A stretch of DNA of 64,000 nt from assembly GCA_013265495.1 (NCBI GenBank), contig MU058289.1, forward strand, positions 1,054,001 to 1,118,000, written 5' to 3'. Made by a program: the position numbers and the translations under genes. This DNA is from Vicugna vicugna. Lineage: Eukaryota. Below are positions 26,830 to 37,059 of this stretch, piece after piece (position 1 is the stretch's first letter; each line of letters starts with the position of its first letter). Under the pieces are notes generated by a model. The model saw only the letters and a list, made by a program, of their open reading frames with translations. It ran no database searches and was not told the DNA's origin.

Positions 26830-27345
26830 TATCAAGTCATGAAAGACATGGAAGAAACTTAAAGACATATTACCAAATGAAAGAAGCCAGTCTAAAAAGG
26901 TTACAAACTATACAATTCCAACCAAAAGACATTCTGGAAAAGGCACAGCTACAAAAACAATAAAAAAAAAATCATGGTTTCCAGGAATTTGGGGAGAGGA
27001 AGGGAGGGAGGAATGAATAGATGGAGCATAAGGGATTTTTAAGGCAATGAAATTATTCTTTATGATACTATAGGGGTGGCTACATGTCATTATGCATTTG
27101 TCAAAAACCACAGAATGTACAACATCAAGACTGAACCCTAATGAAACCTGTGGGCTTTGGTTGATAATAATGTGCCCATGTTGGTTCATCGATTGTACCA
27201 AATATGCCACACTGATGAGGATGTTGAGGGTAGGGGACTATATATGTGTAGGTGGGAAGGGATATGTGTGAACTCTGTATTTTCTGCTCAATTCTGTTGT
27301 GAACCTGAAACTGCTCTAAAAGAATAAAGTCCATTAAAAAAAAAG
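26830..27345 (+). mobile_element. L1MB-like 3' end
   Basis: Typical L1M 3'UTR (aagacatggaagaaactt...aaagaagccagtct...tttgtcaaaaaccacagaatgtacaaca) ending in aataaa and poly(A). Confidence 0.75.
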
Positions 27346-27639
27346 GCACTGCTAACATTTTACCATCAAGTATGATGTTTGATATAGCTTTTTAATTAAT
27401 TTATTTATTTTTAATTGTGGTAAAACACACTATTATAAAATTTGCCATATTAACTACTTGTAAGTGTACTGTTCAGTAGGGCTAAGTATATTCAAACTAT
27501 TGTGAAATGGGTCTCTATCACTTTTTCATCTTACAAAACCAAAACTCCCACACATTGAACAACAATGCCCAATTCCTCCCTCCTTGCAGCCCAATATCAC
27601 CATTCTGTATTCTATTTCTACGAGTTTGATTATTGGGTC

Positions 27640-30570
27640 CATAAAGACTAGGAGAGGTGAATGCTTTTTCAATACCTAAATTTCAACAAAAGGTCACAAA
27701 GTATACAACGGAAATACAGATCCTTGGATAACCAGACAAAGAATTCAAAATAAGCATCTTAAATTTTCTCAATGGACAAAAAGAGAATACAGAAAACTAA
27801 ATGATATCAGAGAAATCATGCATGAAAAAATGAGAATATCAACAAAGAGATAGAAATTATAAAAAAGAACAATCAGAAATTTTGGAACTGAAAAATATAA
27901 TAACTAAAATGAAAAATTCTCTAGGAAGCTCAACTGCAAACTTGATAAAGCAGAAGTAAGAATTTGTGACAAGTCATTTGAAATTGTCCAGTCAAGGGAG
28001 CAAAAAGAAAAAGAAAATACAGTGAAGAAAAGTAAGAATTGTTTAAGGGACTTAAAAGATACCATCAAGTGGAACAATACATGCATTATGGGAGTCCTAG
28101 AAGGAGAAGAGAGAAAGAAAGGGGCAGAGAGACTATCTGAAGAAATTGGCTGAAAAGTTTTCAAATCTGGGGAAGGAAACAGACATATAAATTCAAGAAG
28201 CTCAACAAATTCTAAGTAGAATTAACCCCAAAATACATGTACCAACACATATAACAAAATTGTCAAAAGTCATGGACAAATAGAGAATCTTGAAAGCAGC
28301 AAGAAAAAAGTGACTTCTTATGTACGTGGAAGCTCCCATAAGATTGCCGATGGAATTCTCAGCAGAAAACTTTCAGAATAGAAGGGAATGGGGTGATATA
28401 CTCAAAGTGCTAAAGGAGAACAAAAATTGCCAATCACAAACATTATATCCAGAAAAACTGTCTTTCTAAATTGAGGAAGAAGTTAAGATGTTATTGATAA
28501 ATAAAAGCTGAGAGAGTTGACCACACTAGACCTGAACTATAGGAAAAGTGAGAGAGAGATCTTTAAGTTGAAAATAAAGGTCACTACACAGCAACAGAAA
28601 ACCATATGAAAACATAACTCCCTCTGGTAAAGACAAAAAAGCAGCAAATATAGAGTCCAGTAGTATTGTAATAGTGTGTAAATCACTTTTAATTCTGGTA
28701 CAGAATTTAAAGTACAAAAGCATTTTTAAAAAACTCTAACTATGTTAATATATACACAATATAAAAAGATATAATTGTGACATCAATAACATAAAATGGG
28801 GGGATGATGATGCAAAGGACTAGAGTTTTTGTATTCAATTGAAGTTGTTATCAGTTTAAAATAGATTGTTATAACTTTAAAATGCTTATCCCCATGGTAG
28901 CCAGAAAGAAAGTATTGATAGAAGAAACTCAAAAGGAAATAAGGAGGGACTCAAAGTGTGACATTACAAAAAAGAAAGAAAGAAAGAAAAAGAAAAAGAA
29001 GAAAGAAAAAGAAAAAGAAAAAAGAAAAGAAAAGAAAGAAAGAAATGAAACACAAAGGAAGACAGTAAGAGAGGAAAACAGGGATAAAATAGCTGCAAGA
29101 AATACAGAAAACAATTAACAAAATGGTGATAGTAAGCCCTTCTCTACGAGTAATTAAGTTTAACGGATCTAACTCCCTAATCAAAAGACACAGATTGGCT
29201 GAATGAATTAAAAAATAAAACAAATGATCCAACTATATGCTGCCTTCAAAACTCACTTTATACCTAAAGAAATATGTAAACTGAAAGTGAAATAATGGAA
29301 TAATATATTTCATGCAAATTGTAACCAAAAGAGAGTAGGGTGACCATACTAGGTTTTAAGTAAAAACAACATAGGGACAAAAAAAATAATATAATGATTA
29401 GAAGTTCAATTTATTAGGAAGGTATAGCAATTATAAATATGTATCTAACATCAGAGTTCCCAAACATGAAACAAACACAGACAGAATTGAAGGGAGAAAT
29501 AGACGGCAACACAGTTAATAGGAGGAGACTTCAATACCCCATTTTTTAAAATAGATAAAAACCAGACAGCAGTTCTATAAAGAAATAGAGGACTTGAATA
29601 ACACTATTACCAACTTGACCTAACAGATATATAGAGAACACTCTACCCATCAAAAGCAAAATACACATTCTTCTGAAGTGCACATGGAACATTCTTCAGG
29701 ACAGACTACATGCTAGGCCACAAAACAAGTCCTAACAATATTTAAAAGATTGAAATCCTACAAAATGTCTTTTCCCAGCCACAATGGAATGAATTTAGAA
29801 ATAAATACCAGGGGGAAAACTGGAAAATCCACAAGTATGTAGATATTACACAACACACTCTTAAACATCCAATTGGTCAAGAAGAAATTGCAAGAGAAAC
29901 TAGAAAATATCTTCAGGCCAACTTAAAACATAAACACAACATACTTAAAGTTATGGGATGAAATGAAAGTACAGCAGTAAATGATTACATTAAAAAAAGA
30001 AGAATCTCAAATCAATTACCTAACTTTACAGCTTAAGCAACTAGAACAAGAACTGAAACCAAACTTATTAGTAAGGAAGGAAACAAAAAAGATTAGAGCA
30101 GAGATAAATAAAACAGAGAATAGAAAAATAAGAAAAATCAACTAAACTAGATTTCCTTTTAGGAAAAGAACAAAAATTAAACTCTTAGTTATATTAGCTA
30201 AGAAAAAAAGAAAGTGGACTCAAATAACTGAAATCAGACATTAACAGGGGGACATTACACTGATGATGCAGAAATAAAAAGGATTATAAGAGAATACTAT
30301 GAATAATTATATACATAAAAATGGATAATCTAGAAGAAATTAATAAATTTCTAGAAACATATAAGCTAACAAAACTGAATCATGAAAAAATTAAAATTAA
30401 ATTATAACTAATAAGAATTTTGAATCACTTATTTAAAAACCTTCCTACAAAGAAAATTCTGGGACCAGATAGATTCACTGAATAATTCTACCAGATAGTA
30501 AAGAACTACTATCAATCCTCTCAACCTCTTCCAAAAAATAGAAGTGGGAACATTTCCAAACTCATTCTCA
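27640..30570 (+). mobile_element. Old L1 ORF1-ORF2 (endonuclease) segment with a GA-rich simple repeat at ~28966-29045
   Basis: A-rich L1 sense motifs, e.g. ccaactatatgctgcc, ggagacttcaatacccc, gcacatggaacattcttcagg. Confidence 0.85.
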
Positions 30571-30579
30571 TCACTTCTA

Positions 30580-32750
30580 CATAACACAACCTTGCAGGAT
30601 ATTTGGTCCTGTCCAAAATTTGAGATATGTGAGACATTTGGTTCAGGACTCGTTAAATAAAATAAATATTTAACTTGGTTAAATTTTAAATTTTATTTAT
30701 GTTATTTTTATTGTAACTCATGATGAATTTTGGATTTCACATTTATTCTTGTTTTTCCTTGTCATGAAGTTCATTTCGTCAGGATTATTCTTAAAGCCAA
30801 GAGCAATTGCTCTCAAATATATATCAACCTGATTATTGATTTTAAATTCACTATATCTGTTAACAATTTTGGTTACACAAATTTGATTTTGTTGGTATTG
30901 TTGTGAAATTGGTGGCTATATTTGAGTGTGATCACCAAGAACCTGGATGATAAATTGTTCATTGCTTTGCCGTTTGTCTTTTAACACTTCAATAAATCTC
31001 CAAATTGAAGGATAATACACTACCATTAGCTTTTTAACTGTGCTATGCCAGCCTTCCACTGCATTGTTCATCCTATGATCACTGTTCAGTACTGACGTAT
31101 AAACATCCCAAGTTTCTGATGGAAATCTTGGAGCTTCTTGTCTTCTTCCTCTGCCACACCTTCCACAGACATATAGTCTCTCAACATAATCCACTAGGTC
31201 ATCTAAATTTTCTTCTGCATTCTCCACAATGTATTCAGAAGTTTCACTTTTATCTTCCAAAGGTACAAATGGATGTCCAAACAACATGGATGCACATTTA
31301 AAGGCATTATTTTTCATCATGTACTCATGTGTGGCCCAAAGAAGATACTTTCAACCTACAATGAGTGTGAAATGTGAAACAAACATCCCTTTACTTGTGC
31401 ATTTGGTAGGAGTAGTCAAATCACATTCATATTTGTAGTCTTGAAATTCATCATGCACAATGAAGGGTTAATGTCAAGATAAGATTTCTTTCCCCTGAAA
31501 ATGCAAGGACTTTCTTATATTAAATCTATAAATATCTTCTCACTTTTTCATTGTTAGTGCATAAATTAATTGCATAATATAACCCAATAGTACAGTGTGC
31601 ACGGTAAGTAATTGAGTGAATTGTGTTGGTGCTGTCTTGAAGGTGCCATCACTGAATAATGTGGTGCTGTCACTGGTCAGCCCCTAGCCTTGAGCAATTT
31701 ACACAAAGAATGAGATCTAGAAAGGTCATTGTGTTCCTAGAGAACTCAAGTACAGAAAATACCCAGTGTTGTTTTTTCTTTTCAGGGTACGAACAGTTCC
31801 AGGAAGAGAATGAGTTCAAAAGGTGTCCAAAAGTTACTTTTGCTCATTTTACTGCTAAAAATCTCCTCCCCAGGTGGAGCTTAAGCCTCATTAACATACC
31901 ATGTGATGTATGAAGAAGCAATGTTCCCAAACTGTGTTTGTGGGAGATTATGCCTGCATTTACATGTAATGACAAAGCTGTCCTGCTTGAATATTCATCC
32001 CCTGCTCCAATGAAAGAACTAACCTTTTCTTGCTCAGTGAACCACAGCTTTGCAAAATGATTCCCCATGATCTCCTTATTTGCTACAAATAAAAACTTCA
32101 CTTTGTGTGACAATTACTCTTGATACTGTCTTTGATTTAAAACTCACCAAGAAGCAAACTCCTTTTGGTTCGGTAACAGCACTGGCACTTAAATATTAAA
32201 TATTGTCACAAGTTGTGTAAGTAAGAGTTCTTTTCATCATCTTGCGCACTGGAATTGTGTGTAAGAAATGGTTCTCTGCATCTGGTCACTTTCTACTCCT
32301 CTGGAATTTGGGTTTGGAGGCTGTTGTCTGTTTTGAATTCTGTTTATTTCCTTAATGAGGTTTCTTTTTCTGGGGACCTCTTCATCATGAGTATCATGGA
32401 GAGTTCTCTGAAGTACCTGCAGTGGTGCTGCATTTGGTTCTTCTTCTGCATGTTGTTTTAACCTATCCAGAGTTTTCCTTACTTCCCCTTCAATACCAAT
32501 GGTGTGCTTCTGTTTTCCTGTCCCATACTGAATGGTTGTAATGTTATCCAAATGCTGACTAGTTGTACATCAGGCAATGCAGATTCTCTCTACACAGTGC
32601 TAGTACCTTTTACTCTTATCTCTGTTAAGGGAATGGAAATGGTAACAAAAACCATTATAATGTATTGCTGGCTTTTCTCTTTGTGTGTATACTATTTCTG
32701 CCATATTCTGCTGAGAATTTTCAAATAAAAATTCCATGTTGCCAAACAAC
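30580..32750 (-). mobile_element. MULE/MuDR (Ricksha-type) DNA transposon with decayed FLYWCH-like and DDE transposase
   Basis: Minus peptides: YHFHSLNRDKSKRY*HCVERIC (FLYWCH-like); LFSDGTFKTAPTQFTQLLTVH (MULE first Asp); RFPSETWDVY...HRMNNAVEGWHST...PSIWRFIEVLK (MULE RTNN.xEGWH). Confidence 0.85.
31668..32178 (+). mobile_element. Solo LTR (ERV1-like, 4-bp TSD) inside the MULE transposase
   Basis: Ends TGTCAC...GTAACA with AATAAA near 32087. Flanks gtgc and gcac. Excision restores the reading YLSASATLFSDGTFK. Confidence 0.8.
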
Positions 32751-32799
32751 AGAAGGATTTTTTTTCTTTTATAGACATCTGATTAAGGGTCATGGATTA

Positions 32800-35700
32800 C
32801 TGGTCGGGGAAACACACAGGGCCAGTGGTGCCATGGAGACAGGAGAGCCTGGAGGTTCTCAGGCCAGTGGCCTGGCATATCTGAGCGGTCAGAACCTGTC
32901 CAAATGGTCAAAAACCACACCGAGTCTCTCTTCCTACCATTGGTGACTGCCCCATCCTCTCTACCTTTTCATTCTGTAAGGTTCTTTAACCTCCAAGATT
33001 TCCAGGAAAGTGTCATGGTGAGCAAAGTAGTGGGTTCCCTCCTCCACTGCCCTGGGATGAGCAGGTTTCCCAGACAGGCACCAAAACCACAGACACACAA
33101 GCACATGAAGCCCATACTCCTTATCCTCTAGTGTCATTTCCTCATCAAAGCAGTTGTTCAGTTTCTGGCATTCCCAATACCACAGAGTTGTCTTGATATT
33201 TTGCCACAATATTAGCATTATGACTGGGAATGACACAGAAGATTATGCTAACATTCTTATGCACAGCCAGGCAAATGTCACAATCTGGACCACAAGACAA
33301 GGCGTCAGTCCCTTAAAAGACACTCATTAAAACTCACTCATCCTTTCCTCCTAACGAGCTCAGAACTCCCCTGACAAGGTTGCAGAAACCACGTCTCCAG
33401 CCACCTACTTCTGTAGGAAGGCAGAAATAAGGTGTCACAGAGTAGCATAAGAGCGCCAGGCAGCATCAGGGTGCAGACGGCAGGTGCTCCCTACCTGCCA
33501 TGGGATTCTTATACCCACTGTCCGTCCCACAGTGGGCCAGCGAGAGTGTGTTGTAGAGGAGATGTACGCTTGGAACACCGTAGGACTGCAGAGGGGAGTA
33601 TACATATTGGCAACATAAGCCCAGAGTCAAAAATGGCACGGGGCCAAGTTCCCATCCCCAACTGAGCGCTCTGCCTCAATTAACATTGGAGGCATACGGG
33701 AGAGAATAAAAGGAACCTGACTGGGAAAAGAGCCCAGAAAAAGGACACTGCAAAGAATACACAAGTGAGGCAGAAGAACAAAATACAAAAGTGGCCAAGA
33801 GCCCAATCCTGGAGTCTGGCTGCTTAGTTGGCTTCAGCCCTTACCAGCTAGCCACATGGTCATGGGCCAGTCGCCCACATCTCTGAGCTTATTACCCTGT
33901 CTGAATCACAAGAATAATGTAGCATCCATCCCTCAGGCTTGCTGTAAGGAGGCAGCAATATAATGTACATAAAGTTTACCAGCATAATCCTAACCACAGT
34001 GTAAGACCTGGGATCTCCAGAGTAAATGCTCAGTGTAATATTAAGTGACTATTAGAGTAATACAGGAAAACAATTCTTAATCTGTAGATCTTCCCATCTG
34101 TTCCATCCCAATTACCAAATCAGGCCTTCTGAATGATGGCCTACATCAGCCTGTCTGGATGTGACCTTAAAGACAGTCTGTTCTCAACTTTATTGATGTT
34201 TTAGGAAATTTAATGTTTATGTAAAGTTCTCATAGCCCTTAAGTATTGGGGGGAGGCCAGAGCACAAGCTCTCTGAGCCCCTGGTCAGGCTCTTTGGTGG
34301 CTGCTGCCCTGCCCCGCTTTCATCACAATCTCTGTCTTTGACCTGCTCAGTGGCCTCCCATTGGCTAGTCTCCTGAGCTGGTTTCAGGAGCCCTGACGTC
34401 TCTCCTACATGCCAGCCTAGAAATTCTAGTAGCCAGTTGACCAAATCCTGCCACCTGGTTACTTTGACATGATCTCAAATCAAACCTTAATTTATCAAGG
34501 TTCTGCTGGTCTAGAAGTCTTACTCATCTCCTGAACACCCAGCCCCTTGCAAGTAGGTCTCAGGAGGATCAGGCAGTGTAAGCACCTAGCGGTCCATGCA
34601 TTCTGCCTTGCTGTGCCCAGGAGAGACCGTTGTGAGGGGAAGATTGAGAAGGGGCAGGTTCTTAGCAGCATCTACGTGATCCAGGCTGCAACAGCTGGAA
34701 GTGGAGGCATGGCCCAACTGGTCAAGACATTGTCAGGGAACCCAAAATGTTATTTGCTTCATCAAGTGACCTTTCTTCTTTCATTAGCTCTTGCCTTGGC
34801 TTTCTTTGGCTATTATCATCAGGATAAAAGAAGCCAGAAGCTGGAAAGCATCTTAGCTGGGGTAAGCAAGGTTCTTAGAAAAACCCATGGTACGCAAGGT
34901 GTAAAATTGTCAAGCATGGTGTTTGACCAGCCACATATGCTAAAACCCCTAGGGAAGATGTCCTTCTTGTGACCCCTTGGCTGGCTCCCATCATTTGGGA
35001 CAGGACTTTCAACACTGACATCCTGAATGAGCAGTTCCGGCTCCAGAACGCCACCATTGGATTAACTGTTTGCCATAAAAAGATACACGACCTACCTGAA
35101 CCTGTTCCTGGAGACCACAGAGATGTACTTCATGGTGGGACACAGCGTGAACTACTGTATCTTCACTGACCAGCCAGACTACGTTCCTCACATTCACCTC
35201 CAAAAAGGACGGCAGATAGTCATCCTCAAGGTCCAGAGCTATGTTAGCCGGCAGGACGTCATCATGCACCGCATGGAGATGATCAGCAACTTTATTGAGC
35301 AGCGCTTCCAGCAGGAGGTGGATTACCTCGTGTGTGCAGATGTGGACATGGTATTCAGGGATCATGTGGGTGTGGAGATCCTCTCCTCCTTGTTCAGCAC
35401 CCTCCATCCTAACTTCTTTGCGATAAATCGGACAAACTTCCCTTATGAACGGTGGCCTCAGTCACAGGCTTATATTCCTGAAGATGAGGGGGACTTTTAT
35501 TATTCAGGGGCCTTATTTGGGGAGTCGGTGCCGGAGGTTTACAGACTCACCAAGGCCTGCCATGAGGCAATCATGGTTGACCAGGCCAATGACATCCAGG
35601 CCACGCGGCATGAGGAGAGCCATCTGAACAGATACCAGCTTTACCACAAACCCACCAAGGTGTTCTCCTCTGAATACATGTGGGATGAACGACGTCAAGG

Positions 35701-36080
35701 GCTATCTGGGATAAGCAAGTGTTAGGCTTGCCTTACAACACAACGCGGATTAGATTTATAACTATCAAATAATCACCATGAAATCAGGACTTACCAAAGA
35801 AAGCTTCCAGAAAGGACTCAAAGAGGTGACGGCCAGGCAGCCCTAGTCTTCCTCCTGGCATTAAATTAAAATCAGTTTTACAAGAAAGGGTTTAAGTCCA
35901 CTTCCTTTTCCTTTTTTGAGGAAAATTGCTGATTCCTCCTACCATCCCCTCAAATTAGGCAGGCCTCTCCTGGCAATTCTCCATACACCAAACACACATT
36001 TAGGATGGCCTGATACGAGAACTCAAGCACAGCTTCTGAGTTGCCACTACCTTTAGGTTCTCACTGTGTGCTCCTAATAC
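32800..36080 (+). repeat. Right arm of the ABO-retrocopy inverted duplication
   Basis: See left arm. The flanks are clearly diverged while the central coding part is near-identical. Confidence 0.8.
34709..35800 (+). pseudogene. ABO: ABO-derived intronless (processed) GT6 glycosyltransferase retrocopy 2, disrupted
   Basis: ATG 34709 gives MAQLVKTLSGNPKCYLLHQVTFLLSLALALAFFGY...[15 protein letters not shown] (cf. ABO MAEVLRTLAGKPKCHAL...LFGY...SLPRMVYPQPKVLTP). There is a -1 frameshift near 34950 and a -2 frameshift near 35068. A 200-aa ORF (35123-35725) carries the DVD motif, [13 protein letters not shown] and HEESHLN. A C-terminal remnant [21 protein letters not shown] is out of frame. ATTAAA near 35862. 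Confidence 0.93.
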
Positions 36081-37059
36081 CCTTCAGGATGCAGAAGGTA
36101 GGCGACCTCAGCCTGTCCTGACAAACAAGGGATCAGAGATGAGATCTTTTCCAAAACAAGGAAAGAGGTTCCTGGACACAGTCTCTTGCCTGTTGTGGCA
36201 CAAAGTCACACACAGGCCTACTTTGGCCCTTGGCTAAGCAGATGAACATAAGTCCTCTTTCCAGTCTCCTTGTTAAAGTTAAAAGGTCCCTTTAGTATTC
36301 AGGCAGGACATGGTGCCGAAAAAGACATTCTTTCCTCGCACTTGACCTCTTGTCTATACCCAAAACATTGCCAGGTATCCACTGAAAGCAAATCAGGTCT
36401 CTTGGCCCTCCCCATCCCCTGTAGATTTCTTCTGCATCAGTTTCAATTCGTTAATGATTTGCCAGTTTCCTACTGTCTGGAAAAAAAAAACTTATTTGTA
36501 GATGATAATAGAAAGTTCATAATTGTCATAGAAACTTGTTGTTTTTACTTTAAAATGGTATTGGTCCCCTTTGGCAAGGCCCTTAGATGTCCTGATATCT
36601 GGCATCTTCTTGGTCCTGTTTCTTCTCCCTCATATGCAAAAGAGAATTTGCACAATAGCAATCTTTATTTCTCCTCTTTCAGGTCCTTCTCCAACTGTTA
36701 AAGGCTCTGATTCTAATTTATGTGTTTTTCTGTATCAGTGGTGATCGACTATTTTTACACAAGAGCAACTCAGGAAAAATGTTTTCTCCTCATTGGGAAA
36801 TGGAAATATTTTTCTGGGGTCACAGAAGCCTGATCACCAGCTGTGGTTGGCTGCAGAACAGATCCTGCAGCCCAGGGCATCCGGTCCCAGTACACGGTCT
36901 ACCCTGCAGCCTTGGCTCCAAGGTTAAAGGGTGTCCCAGAGATGGCCTTTCAATCCTTTCAGCCCTCTGTCCAGCCAGAGGCCTCATGGACATTTCCTGG
37001 CCTTTCAATCCACTTGACAATGAATAAGTGCAGTCTGTCTAATTTCTAGCTTCCTGTAT

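Noticed and set aside
28882..29232. Lys/Glu-rich and Phe-rich ORFs
   Set aside because: They are translations of a GA simple repeat within L1.
31844..32113. 89-aa ORF as part of the transposase
   Set aside because: It falls inside the solo LTR that interrupts the transposase.
35123..35725. 200-aa ORF as an intact glycosyltransferase gene
   Set aside because: It is only the segment between frameshifts. It lacks the TM/stem, the first catalytic strand and the correct C-terminus, and there are no introns to restore the frame.
18891..35800. True ABO, GBGT1, GGTA1 or GLT6D1 locus
   Set aside because: Those genes are multi-exon. Here the sequence is contiguous across ABO exon junctions and is closest to ABO along its whole length.
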